Of a stretch of 64,000 nt of DNA, positions 51,168 to 63,142 are shown piece after piece. Numbering within the stretch: position 1 is the first letter of the stretch; each line of letters starts with the position of its first letter. This DNA is from Octopus sinensis (Eukaryota), in assembly GCF_006345805.1 (NCBI RefSeq), contig NC_043007.1, forward strand, positions 434,001 to 498,000, written 5' to 3'. The position numbers and the translations under genes were made by a program. The notes beneath the pieces are model-generated. The model was not told where the DNA came from. It did not search any database and was given only the letters and a program-made list of their open reading frames with translations.

Positions 51168-51594
51168 TGTGTGTGTGGTGTGTGTGTGTGTGTGTGTGTG
51201 TCGGTGTTTGTCCCTCTACCATCGCTTGACAACCGACGTTGGTGTGTTTACGTTATCGCAACGTAGCTGTTCGGCAAGAGAATAAGTCCTGGGGTCCCTT
51301 TGTTCAACTAAAGATGGTGCTCCATCATGGACGCAGTCAAATTGCTGAAACAAGTGAAACGATAAAAGAATGTGTGTATGTGTGTGTGCCTGTGTCTATA
51401 CGTGTGTTTATGTGCCTGTGTGTGTTTGTGTGCGTGCGTAAGGGCGTCTGATGGTCTGTTGTGTTATGGAGCAGAGCGTTTCTTCTTCCTGGGCCCTGCG
51501 ATCACTTCGACACTCGCCATGCGGTACACCGCGCACCTGTTCAAGCAATCTCACTGTGTTGGAGTGAGGGCATTAAAATGCAGCACACGAATCT

Positions 51595-51871
51595 TACTCT
51601 TTTTTCTTTTACTTGTTTCAGTCATTTGACTGCGACCATGCTGGAGCACCGCCTTTATTTGAACAAATCCACACAGGACTTATTATTTGTAAGCTATTAC
51701 TTATTCAATCAGTATCTTTTGCCGAAACGCTAAATTACAGGGACGTGAACACACCAACATCGGTTGTCAAGCGATGGTGGAGGACAAACACATACACACA
51801 AATACATACATATATGTGTGTTTGTGTGTGTATGTGCGTGTGTATGTGTGTGTGTGTGCGTGTGTGTGTGT

Positions 51872-51915
<44 letters not shown>

Positions 51916-52079
51916 TTGTGTGTGTGCATAGGACGGACTTCTTTCAGTTTCCATGTACCAATCCACTCAAGGCTTTGGACGGCCCGAAGCCATAGTAGAA
52001 GACACTCGCGCAGTGGAACTGAACCCGGAACCATGTGGTTGGGAAGCCAGCTTTTTGCCACACAGTCACTCCTGCGCCT
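51595..52079 (-). mobile_element. SINE family A, full-length (left member of a head-to-head pair)
   Basis: Tail TACTCTTTTT..TTTCAGTCATTTGACTGCG through head CACAGTCACTCCTGCGCCT. Confidence 0.9.
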
Positions 52080-52104
52080 GTATTTAATCACGATAAACAA
52101 ATTT

Positions 52105-52274
52105 GAGCAGGAGTGGCTGTGTGGTAAGTAGCTTGCTAACCAACCACATGGTTGCGGGTTCAGTTCCATTGCGTGGCACCTTGGGCAAGTGTCTTCTACT
52201 ATAGCGCCGGGCCGACCAATGCCTTGTGAGTGGATTTGGTAGACAGAAACTGAATGAAGCCTGTCGTGTATATG

Positions 52275-52305
<31 letters not shown>

Positions 52306-52507
52306 TTGTCCCCCAAGCATTGCTTGACAACCGATGCTGGTGTGTTTACGTCCCCGTCACTTAGCGGTTCGGCAAAAGAGACCGATAGAATAAGTACTGG
52401 GCTTACAAAGAATAAGTCCCGGGGTCGATTTGCTCGACTAAAGGCGGTGCTCCAGCATGGCCGCAGTCAAATAACTGAAACAAGTGAAAGAGTAAATGAG
52501 TAAAGAG
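52105..52507 (+). mobile_element. SINE family A, full-length (right member of a head-to-head pair)
   Basis: Head GCAGGAGTGGCTGTGTGGTAAGTAGC through tail GAAACAAGTGAAAGAGTAAA. Confidence 0.9.
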
Positions 52508-53139
52508 TTGCTAAGCAAGAAATTGTAGAACCGTTCTTCTCAGACTACGAAAGACGACCGCCATCATCGTCATCATCATCATCATCATATATATATGTGC
52601 GTACATTTGTGCTTGTGTTATCATTATCTCTATTACCAAAATGCCATAAATAATATTGGTGCACAGCCTTGGCACACAACCACAATGTAATGTAAATTGT
52701 TGGTGTATTTTGCTCCTAAACAAAATAAGATAATCGTTCGTCCGCCGCCTCTCCGTCTTTCTCGCTCTACATTTTCTGCGTTCTTGTGGCGTTTGGGTTG
52801 CTTTCAAACTATAAGAGAATCATTAAGTTTCAAAAACCTCAGGCAGCAGCACTTTCGTTTTGCTTGTGGCATAACCTCGGCGACAATTCGGCTTCTCCAT
52901 ATTCCTCTCCTGGATTTTCGCAAAACCCAGTTAAGTATTACAGGATTAACAAACAAACAAACAAAAAACAAAATAAAATAAATATAAAAATATAAATAAA
53001 TAATGAAAGTTTGAAAGAGCAAAGTTTGATTTATGCCAGAATATGGAAAGTAAAACAAGAGCCTCGCTAATCAAAGCAAACGTCTACTAAAATTGTTACG
53101 AACCGTCTATGTGGAGTGACTGATATATATATATATTAT

Positions 53140-53172
<33 letters not shown>

Positions 53173-53186
53173 TATATAATATAAAT

Positions 53187-53218
<32 letters not shown>

Positions 53219-53234
53219 CGCATACATATATACA

Positions 53235-53729
53235 GCTGATATCTTGAGTATTCAGTCAATGTTACACAAGCACCGGTTGCGTTGGACTGGACACCTTATT
53301 AGAATAGAAGATAGAAGGATTCCTAAGCAGATGCTCTATGGAGAACTTGTGAATGGAAGGAGACTCCGGCAGAAACCAAGGCTGCGATTTAAGGACTGTG
53401 TCAAATCCTCGTTAAAGGCTTTTGATATGCAGGACACTGACTGGGAGAACAATGCCTATCATCGCCACAGATGGAGGAAGCAGGTTAAGGAGGGGATCGA
53501 CACCTTTGAGGGAGCACGTATCCTGCATGAAGAACTTAAGCGAGCTGCGCGAAAGCGCACGGCTCGTATAGTGAATGGGGAAAGCTTGGTCTGCAATGTT
53601 TGCAGTCGTGTATGCTTGTCAAGAGCAGGGCTCATTGGCCACCAACGGAGCCGCAAATGCAAAATATTAGTCCTAGAGCGCACAATGTTCCTGAAGGTCG
53701 GCAATATCTTCCTCGGTCACGAGTGGACG

Positions 53730-53736
<7 letters not shown>
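53235..53736 (+). mobile_element. RTE-clade LINE 3' end (ORF2 C-terminus with C2H2-like finger), 5'-truncated, inside (TA)n
   Basis: ORF 53244..53795: RLRWTGHLIRIEDRRIPKQMLYGELVNGRRLRQKPRLRFKDCVK...[20 protein letters not shown]. Confidence 0.93.
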
Positions 53737-53784
<48 letters not shown>

Positions 53785-53858
53785 TATATATATAATATAT
53801 GTACATACATATTATATACATGCATATGTATGTATGTATGTATATATATATATATATG

Positions 53859-53923
<65 letters not shown>

Positions 53924-54039
53924 GTATGTATGTATATCAAATGTTTATCTAACCTTTTCTTTTAGTTGTCTGTTCAACCCTTGGTATACCCTTGTAGCGC
54001 AACGCACACCCTGTTTGTTTGCTTTATATACACACACAC

Positions 54040-54487
54040 ATATTCTTTTTACTTGTTTTCAGTCATTTGACTGCGGCTATGCTGGAGCACCTCATGTAGT
54101 CGAGCAAATCGACCTCAGGACTTATTCTTTGGAAGACTAGAACTTATTCTATCGGTGCCTTTTGCCGAACCGCTAAGTTATGGGGATACAAATACACCAC
54201 CATCGGTTGTCAAGCGTTGTTGGGGTGGGGGGGAGCAAACACAGACACCCAAACATATACACACACATACATATATATATATAAATATATGCATATATAC
54301 GACGGACTTCTTTGAGTTTCCGTCTACGAAATCTACTCACAAGGCTTTACTCGCATATACATACGGACACCCATTCGGCCCGAGGCTACAGTAGAAGACA
54401 CTCGCCCAAGGTGCCACGCAGTGGGAATGTACCCAGAACCATGTGGTTCGTAAGCAAGCTACTTTCCTCACAGCCACTCCTGCACCA
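54040..54487 (-). mobile_element. SINE family A, full-length
   Basis: Tail TTCTTTTTACTTGTTTTCAGTCATTTG through head CACAGCCACTCCTGCACC. Confidence 0.9.
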
Positions 54488-54548
54488 ATGTATGTATTTA
54501 TGTATATATAAATATACATACATATAAACATATATATATATATATATA

Positions 54549-54859
54549 TCACGTGATCACGTGACCGACCAGGCTATCATATGTTGTTACACATCACTGG
54601 TCACAATGCGCTTCGCATTGTTTTAGCCTTCAAATGACGCTACCCTGCTGGCTAAGCGAGCAGGCCAAGAGAAGGAAGAGTGAGAGAAAGTTGTGTCGAA
54701 AGATTACAGCAGGGATCGCCACCACACCCTGCCGGAGCCTCGTGGAACTTTAGGTGTTTTCGCTCAATAAACACGCACAACGCTCGGTCTGGGAATCGAA
54801 ACCGCGATCCTAAGACCGCGAGTTCGCTGCCCTAACCACTGGACCATTGCGCCTCCACA
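54549..54859 (-). mobile_element. SINE family C, full-length
   Basis: Reverse complement of the 24243-24534 copy; head ends CCATTGCGCCTCCAC. Confidence 0.88.
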
Positions 54860-55674
54860 TATATATATATGTACTCATACACACATTCATATACATACGG
54901 ACACCTACTCCTACACCCAAACACACATAGACACACACACGTACACACACATATATGTATATATGATATTATATGATAAATATATGTTATACTCGCATGG
55001 CATATATCAAAGTGCATGAATTTCTCTTCATGCTATGAGACGGAATAGAGCATTTAGATTCTATATAAGGATAACTATTGTTTAATCATACTTCTGTTTT
55101 AGAGCATATTTTTAATCCGTTAACATAAATTCAAGGCAAAACATAAACGAAATCATTTTTTATATGGTTTTTCTCTATTACGCAAAAAAAACATAGCAAA
55201 ACAAATGCAGAACCGATAAATAAATTGTTTTTGTTGTGAAACACAAATATGTCAAACATTACAGTTATAGGCCTTCATTCGCATAACAAATATTTTGACG
55301 AATGGTATAGTAAATTCACTCGCAAACTGACTTGCTATGCTACGCTGGGGAAACATTTATAGAATTGATTTGTTTCTAGCTGTTCTGGAAATGGCAAATG
55401 AAGAGACAGCCAGAAATATATTTCCATCGAATAGATCTATGCATGGGGTTTGTTAAATGTGATTCTACGAACATACTGCCTTTCAGTAAGTAAATTAACG
55501 GTCCAGTATTGCAACATGTATGGTGCAGTTACTATCTTCCCTTCATTTGACACGGTCCAATGCATACAAAGTAAATAATAAATAATCTATGATCGATGAT
55601 GCAATAATAGTTATGCAACCCAGAATAGACAATGCAAGAAACAATATATTACAAATTTGCTTCGTCACTGGTTG

Positions 55675-55747
55675 AGTAGAGTAGGGTTGGTTGAATCGTG
55701 CTCGGTTCATAACTCAGCGGTCCGTAGATCGAATCTACGTTCTGCCA
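55675..55747 (+). pseudogene. Initiator tRNA-Met(CAT) pseudogene
   Basis: AGTAGAGTAGGGTTGGTTGAATCGTGCTCGGTTCATAACTCAGCGGTCCGTAGATCGAATCTACGTTCTGCCA aligns with metazoan tRNA-iMet. CAT is at 55708-10, the T-loop has the iMet-type ATCGAA, and the T stem CGTAG/CTACG is intact. The D and anticodon stems are broken and 1:72 is A-C. Confidence 0.75.
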
Positions 55748-55794
55748 AGAAATAAATACTGTTGTTTTGTACATCGCAGCTACGTTGCTTTCCT

Positions 55795-55961
55795 TTCTCT
55801 TTTACATATTTCAGTCATTAAACTGCGGCCATACTGGGGTACCGCCTTGAATTCTTAATGGAATTAATCGACACCAGTTCTCATTTATTAACTATGGTAC
55901 TTATTCTAACGGTCTTTTTTTACCGAACCGCTAAGTGCGGGAACGTAAACACACCAGCACT
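55795..55961 (-). mobile_element. SINE family A, degenerate tail fragment
   Basis: TTTCAGTCATTAAACTGCGGCCATACTGG...CCGAACCGCTAAGT..AACACACCAGCA. Confidence 0.75.
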
Positions 55962-56092
55962 GTACATTATTTACATTTGACGGATATTTGTCCTCATCAT
56001 GCTCGTTGTTAACACAGCGTTTCGGCTGATATACCCTCCAGCCTTCATCAGGTGCCTTGAGAAAATTTCGAACCTGGGTTCTCATTCGATGT
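55962..56092 (-). mobile_element. PLE family D terminus with hammerhead remnant (56011-56056, GUU mutated to GCU)
   Basis: Same sequence as 2911-3052 and 20437-20560. Confidence 0.75.
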
Positions 56093-56183
56093 TGTTATTT
56101 TATTATTATTATTGTTATTACTATTATTATTATTATTATTATTATTATAATTGTTATTGTTATTATTATTATCATTATTATTA

Positions 56184-56222
<39 letters not shown>

Positions 56223-56308
56223 TTTATTATTATTATTATTATATTATTATATTATTATTATTATTAATCATTATTTTTATTATTATATTTTCATTATTAT
56301 TATTATAA

Positions 56309-56342
<34 letters not shown>

Positions 56343-56448
56343 TTATTATTATTATATGGTTATTATTATTATATTATTATTATCATTATTATTATTGTTA
56401 TTATTATTATTATTATTATCATTATTATTATGTTATTATTATTATTAC

Positions 56449-57299
56449 TTTTTTTTTCTTCTTTCAAATTTGCTTCCATTTCTTGCCGAGTGTTCTTCCG
56501 ACTCCTAGGGCAAAGAAACTCATAGTATACATTGGTAGGCCATTAAACCAAACCAGTAGTTCGTTCTTTTTTTTTTTTTAAGTTAAATTAAAATACATGA
56601 GCACAACAGTTCTACACTCGACAATGTCTTCTCGATACGTGTGATGTACCAGTAAGACAATCTTTTGCACTTCTTGCAGGGATCATTCTCATATAATTTT
56701 CGGTTCCCTTCTTGATCATTCCTAGTGCTCCTACGATCACTGGTATTGTACCGCCTTGAGATGCCACATTTTTCAATTTCAATGAGTAGGTCTTTATATT
56801 TTCTGAGCTTGTCAAACTCTTTCGCTGAGATATTATGATCACAGGGGATTGCTCATGTCGATCAATAAGCAAACTTTATTGTTTTTGTCTTTCACAACAA
56901 TATCTAGTTTATTGGCCTTGATGGTTCGGTCTGTATGTATTGGAAAGTCCCACAGAATGGTTACATTTTCTCCTTCAGTTACAGCCTCAGGGTGGTGATT
57001 ATACCACTTGTCGGCAGTTTTGATATTGTAATGCCGACATATTAGCCAGTGGAGATATTGGCCAACTCTGTCATGTCTTAATTTATACTCCACTGGTGCT
57101 AAGACTTTACATCCAGAGATTAGGTGGTCCACTGTTTCAATCATGTCGTTGCAGAATCGGCATTTTAGGTCTGCTCCTTTTTCATCACATTGGCCTGGTA
57201 GTTCCGGGTTAATAGGCTTTGATCTTGAGCAGCCAGGATGAAACCTTCGCTCTCTGCTTTTAGCCCTGAGCTCCGTAGCCACTGATGGGTTTGCTTCTG
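56449..57299 (-). mobile_element. R4/Dong-clade LINE 3' part (CCHC knuckle, RLE, 3' UTR), flanked on both sides by (TAA)n
   Basis: CRFCNDMIETVDHLISGC..RHDRVGQYLHW..ILWDFPIHTDRTIKANKLDIVVKDK..LIDMS..TIPVIVGALGMIKK. The 3' UTR (ACACTCGGCAA.AAATGGAA) is shared with 61990-62036. The (ATT)n tracts are 56093-56448 and 57300-57570. Confidence 0.92.
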
Positions 57300-57371
57300 T
57301 TATTATTATTATTATTATCATTATTATTATTGTTATTATTATTATTATTATTGTTGTTGTTGTTTTTGTTG

Positions 57372-57409
<38 letters not shown>

Positions 57410-57424
57410 GTTATTATTATTATC

Positions 57425-57468
<44 letters not shown>

Positions 57469-57509
57469 CATTATTATTATTATTGTTATTTTAATTATTA
57501 TTATTATCA

Positions 57510-57546
<37 letters not shown>

Positions 57547-57801
57547 ATTATTATTATTATTATTATTATTACCACGTACCTACTTCCTCGAAATTGTTAG
57601 CCTTGTGTCAAAATTCGAACCAATAATATATTATAGTTAATATTTGACTATCTATTGTTCCATTACTCTACATTGATAACATGCAGAAAGATAAAAACAT
57701 ACGGTCCATTGATCTGGAAGAGTAGGAAATATTAAAAGCTGTATATATATATATATAATATATAATATATATATATTATATATATATATATATAATATAT
57801 A

Positions 57802-57836
<35 letters not shown>

Positions 57837-57970
57837 GCTTTCAAATAACTGCTTGTGCATACAGACACGCGTGCAGGCACACACACATATATAAAGTTTT
57901 TAGTCAATCATCTATATTATAAGTTGAAAATGAAAAATTAAAAAACTGCCCATGTTTTTCCCACTTACAT

Positions 57971-58070
57971 NNNNNNNNNNNNNNNNNNNNNNNNNNNNNN
58001 NNNNNNNNNNNNNNNNNNNNNNNNNNNNNNNNNNNNNNNNNNNNNNNNNNNNNNNNNNNNNNNNNNNNNN
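57971..58070. other. Assembly gap (100 N)
   Basis: Run of N. Confidence 1.
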
Positions 58071-58592
58071 ACAACAACAACGATCGATTATAGTTACATA
58101 CAACAAATCTTACACTACCACTATACCACCAGGAATACCCCCCTACTGCTACTACTACTACTACTGGTAATAATAATAATAATGATTAGTAGTAGTAGTA
58201 GTATCAAGTGCTTTGACACTTGCTACCAGAGGCCTGTGAGCGGCCTCTCGACCTGCTGTAAATATTAACCAAATCTCACTTTGCACTGGCGTAAATAAGC
58301 AAGGCTAGATTGAATGATGATGTAATCCCTAACACACACACACACACTCACACACACATATATACATATATATGTATATATATATATATATATACATATA
58401 TATACAAACATATATACATACATACATACACACATATATATATGTATATATATATGTATATGAAAAAGGTAAAGGAAGATTAGGTCGTCAGAGTTGCAAC
58501 ACGTTTAATCGCAAGTTTACGCGATCAAAGCTGAGCTGATGTAATTCTTATATGTCACAATAACGACAATCGATGCTATTGCTGCTGTTGCT

Positions 58593-58627
<35 letters not shown>

Positions 58628-59147
58628 TAGTGCGTTATCATATTTTATTTATTTTGGCTTTTGGCTTTTGGCTTTAGTTACAAGGAAGATAAGTACACAA
58701 TGAGAGGCGTTTAAAGTAATGCATACGTAATACCACGTCCACACATATATATATGTATATACATACATACATACATACATACGTACATACATACATAAAT
58801 ACACACACACTATATATATATATCATCATACACACACAAACGCACGCACGTGCATACAAGTACACACACACACGCAATGATGTAAATGTCTAGCTGTATA
58901 TGACAATAGATAGTTGACAGATATTTGCATTAATAGAGTTCCAACGCACAACACCTACATACACCCAGATAAATACATATGTGTGTATGTGTGTGTGTAT
59001 ATATGTATGTGTACATATGAATATGATATATGTTATATATATATATATATATGTATGAAAGTATGTATGTATTATACCCACGCATATATATATAATATAT
59101 TATATATATATATATATATTATACATTATAATATACATATATACATT

Positions 59148-59188
<41 letters not shown>

Positions 59189-59610
59189 TATATATATATA
59201 TGTATAATTAATTTTATATTATGTGATTCTATATGTACATATTTTCAGAAGCAGATGTTGCTGGGAACTCACTTTCTATAGCAGCATGTGGGAGAAACAC
59301 ACGAGTGAGAATTGTAGTTTGGCGACTTAGAATTATTAATTCCGTTTGAAGGTTTTTAGAGTTTTGAAAACTCCATTAGCGACTAAGCGTCGAAAAGTTG
59401 TTACATAATGAGATAGGTTGACCAAATCTGTCGCATGAAGCTATATATATATATACATTTTGTATGTATGTATGTATCAACGTATCTATGTATGTATATA
59501 TATATACCGGAGTAAACACATAACTGTGAAACACGGTGGAAAAAAGAGTACTCAAATACCAGTGGCAGAGTAATATGCTTTATTTAAAGCAGCGGAAAAT
59601 TCAACAAAAC

Positions 59611-59680
59611 CTGTTACTCTGAGTTTCCCGTTGCCGTTCAACGGACAGTTTTTGCTAGAATGGCTAGTAAAAACTGTCCG
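59611..59680 (-). mobile_element. PLE-type terminus with hammerhead-like variant and short terminal hairpin
   Basis: Minus strand CTGT-CCGTTGA-ACG-GCAA-CGG-GAAAC-TCAGA-GTA-ACAG, plus the hairpin CGGACAGTTTTTGCTAG/CTAGTAAAAACTGTCCG. Confidence 0.5.
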
Positions 59681-59862
59681 AGGAAAGAGTGAGAGAAAGT
59701 TGTGGCGAAATACTCAGCAGAAGTTCGCCATTACCTTCTGACGGAGCCGCGTGGTGCTTAGGTTTTTCGCTCCTAAACACACGCATCGCCCGGTCTGAGA
59801 TTCGAACCCGCGATCCCTCGACCGCGAGTCAGCTACTCTAACCACTAGGCCATGTGTCTTCA
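59681..59862 (-). mobile_element. SINE family C2, head half
   Basis: Reverse complement of 34639-34820. Confidence 0.82.
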
Positions 59863-60355
59863 CAAACCTCTTCATGGCAAATATGTGGCCCGTAGCAAAC
59901 AAGCTGATGATGACCAAAAGCACACTCATCAGTGGCTACGGAGATCAGGGCTAAAGGCAGAGAGCGAAGGCTTCGTCTTAGCTGCTCAAGATTAAAACTA
60001 CCAAGCCAATGTGATAAAAAGATGGAGTAGATCCAAAGTGCCGATTCTGCAATGATTAGATTGAAACAGAGGACCACCTAAATTCTTGATGTAAAATATT
60101 TCGCACAAGTGGAGTATATATATCAAGGCCAGACAGAGTTGGCCAATATCTACACTCGTTGATATGTCGGGATTATAAATCAAAATTATTGACAGGCTGT
60201 AACTGAAGGAGAAAATGTAACGATTCTTTGGACATACAGACAGAATCATCAAAACTGATAAACATGATATTGTTATCAAAGACCAGAAGAAATGATGTCT
60301 GTCTGTTGATCAAAACGAGTATTCCTTATGATTAAAAGGAATTAGACAGAAAATA

Positions 60356-61632
60356 TTGGGTTGTCTGGAAAGGTCGTGCCGATTTATAATAGCTTACATT
60401 TCAACTTATTTTAGAATATGGTTCAGTCCATAAAATAGGATTTGACTACACCTCCATTTAGAGCACAGTTTAAGCTATCTTTTCGTGGAAGAAGTTTTAT
60501 GTCCTATAACCTGTGTTAATTCTGTAACTCTTTGAAATAGAAGATAAGAAAGTTCATTTTCGACAATTGATGCTTTTCTTATCCCGTAAAGGGAAAATGC
60601 CTCACAAGCAACCGAAGAAATATGCGCAGTTTACAGTGATGATTCTTTATCTGAAAGAACTGTACGGAAGTGGTTCGCAAGGTTCCGACCTGGAGATTGT
60701 AGCCTTATTGATAAATAATGATCAGACAGACCATCCACTACAGATAATGACCAAATCAAGTCAATAGTTGAGAATAACCCACATTGCACAACCCGAAACT
60801 TAGCATAAACCTATCAAAATCCGTCGTTCATGAGCACCTGGTAAAGCTTAGGTACACAAATCGCTACGATGTTTGGGTACCATGAGTTGAGTGAGAAAAA
60901 CCTGTTAGATCGTATTTCCATCTGTGATTCGCTTTATAGACGGAATGAAAACGTACCTTTTTTTTAAGCAAATTGTAACAGGTGATGCGAAATGAATTAT
61001 CGACCGAAATGTTCAGAGAAAGCGATCCTAGAGTAAGCGACATAATAAACACGGTTAGCCATCCCAAAAGCGGATCTTCACCCGAAAAAAGTCTTGCTTT
61101 GTGTCTGGTGGGATTGGAAAGGAATTCTGTACTATGAGATTCTCTCAAGTAACCACACAATTAATTCTGAGAAATATTGCACACAACTGGACGAGTTAAA
61201 AGCAGCAATTCAAGAGAAATGTCCAGAATTGGCCAAATGGGAAGGGTGTTGTTTTCCAAAATGATAGTGCAAGACCACACGTTTATTTTGGAACCAGACA
61301 AAAATTGCTGCAGCTCGGCCGTGATGTGTTACCCTACCCTCCATATTCACCAGATATTGCTCCTTCGGATTTCCACTTATTCAGGTCTCTGCAGAATAGT
61401 CTTAATGGTAAAAATTTCAATTCCTTGGATGACGTAAAAAGAATCCTTGATGAATTCTTTGCCATGAAACCACGTCAATTCTGGGAAGAGGGTGTTTTCA
61501 AGTTAAAGGAAAGATGGAGACGCATTTTGCATCAAAATGATTCATATTTGGTTGATTAAAAATGTAATAGCATGTATTTATTGACCTCTTTCTTTCCTTT
61601 GTAAATCGGCCCGAACTTTACGGACAACCCAA
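60356..61632 (+). mobile_element. Full-length mariner (D,D34D-type) DNA transposon, 1277 bp, with TIRs of about 30 bp and TA target duplication
   Basis: Left TA|TTGGGTTGTCTGGAAAGGTCGTGCCGATTT and right AAATCGGCCCGAACTTTACGGACAACCCAA|TA. Confidence 0.95.
60537..61559 (+). pseudogene. Mariner transposase pseudogene (frameshifts and stops)
   Basis: Motifs TVRKWFARF, WVPHEL (1-nt deletion), IVTGDAK*, KKVLLCVWWDWKGILYYE, DSARPH and YPPYSPDIAPSDFHLFRSLQNSL. Confidence 0.93.
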
Positions 61633-62057
61633 TATTAAGATGTGGCATCGAAAAAATTGTGGCATCTCAACGCGGTTACAATACCAGTGATTGTAGAAGC
61701 ACTTGGAATGATCAAAAGAGGAACTGTCAATTATGTGAGAATTACTCCTCGCGTACCACACATGCAAGAGATGCAGAAGTTTGTCTTGAGTGGTACGACA
61801 CGCGTATTGAGAAGAACATTCTCGTTGTGGGAACGATTGCAACCCGTGTAGACATCTTATTCATTCTTTTCTTTCTTGCTTTTTTGTCTTTCCTTTTATT
61901 TTTTTTGTACATAACATGATTTTGGAAAATGATCAACCTAGTGTGTTTATTGTAATTGTCTATCAGTGTGTACAGTAAGTTTCTTTGCTCAAGGTGAAAG
62001 GGGACACTCGGCAAAAAATGGAAACACTGAAAGAAAATAATAATAATAATAATAATA

Positions 62058-62091
<34 letters not shown>

Positions 62092-62192
62092 TAATAATAA
62101 TATAAAATAATACAAATGATGATGATGATATTAATGATAATGATAATAATAATAATATAATAATGATGATGATGATGATATTAATGATAATG

Positions 62193-62225
<33 letters not shown>

Positions 62226-62262
62226 TAATATAATAATGATGATGATGATATTAATGATAATG

Positions 62263-62317
<55 letters not shown>

Positions 62318-62337
62318 TATTAATGATAATGATAATA

Positions 62338-62590
62338 ATCCCTATCGTAGTAGGCGCATTAGGTATGATAAAAAATATTCAGACAAATACATAACAAAAA
62401 CACCAGGGCTTACAAACACATATAACATACAGAAAATTGCACTACTAGGCACTGCACACATCCTACGCAGAACACTTTCCATACAATAACCATCAGAGCA
62501 TCACAACAAATCACAGCACATACCCAAGGCACACAGAGCTGCGCTCGGTAGTGAAGTGAAAGCACGTTATAAAAATAAAACAACTGAATA
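62338..62590 (+). mobile_element. Second R4/Dong family 3' end, 5'-truncated, between (TAA)n tracts
   Basis: PIVVGALGMIKK..TKTPGLTN.YNIQKIALLGTAHILRRTLSIQ*, with a 3' UTR matching 3133-3240. Confidence 0.87.
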
Positions 62591-63026
62591 ATAATAATGA
62601 TAATTGGAATATAATTTCCTGTAGAACTTCTGCAGAAAGTTTTCCTCTTAGGGACATAAAACATTATCAAGAGGGTTCTAAGAACATGAAAGGCTATTGA
62701 AACCTATTAGGTACCTAAGGTTAAAGGTAGTAACCCGCTACCCACATAAATCATACCAGGAATAAAACCGAATCTGATTCAAATCAATAAAAATAGTTTC
62801 GACCTTTGACTGAATTCTAGCAGTTGTGAGGAGAAAGAACAAGTCGATTACATCGACCCCAGTGCTTGAGCGGTAATAAAATTTATAGACCCTGGAAGGA
62901 TAGACGGCGAGTTGATCATGGCAGGATTTGAACTCAAGATGTAAAGAGTCGGAAGAAATGGCGCTAAGAAATTTCCTTCCGTGAAAACGATTATGCAAAC
63001 CGTTCACATTCCTTTGTTTTTCTTTG

Positions 63027-63128
<102 letters not shown>

Positions 63129-63142
63129 TTCTATCTATCTAT

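Larger units (their letters stand above)
59868..62036 (+). mobile_element. R4/Dong-clade LINE 3' part split by a mariner insertion (59868-60353 and 61635-62036)
   Basis: QWLRRSGLKAESEGF.LAAQD..KCRFCND.IET.DHL..DRVGQYLH lies before the mariner and WHLNAVTIPVIVEALGMIKRG..SGTTRVLRRTFS after it. The 3' UTR runs into (TAA)n. Confidence 0.88.
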
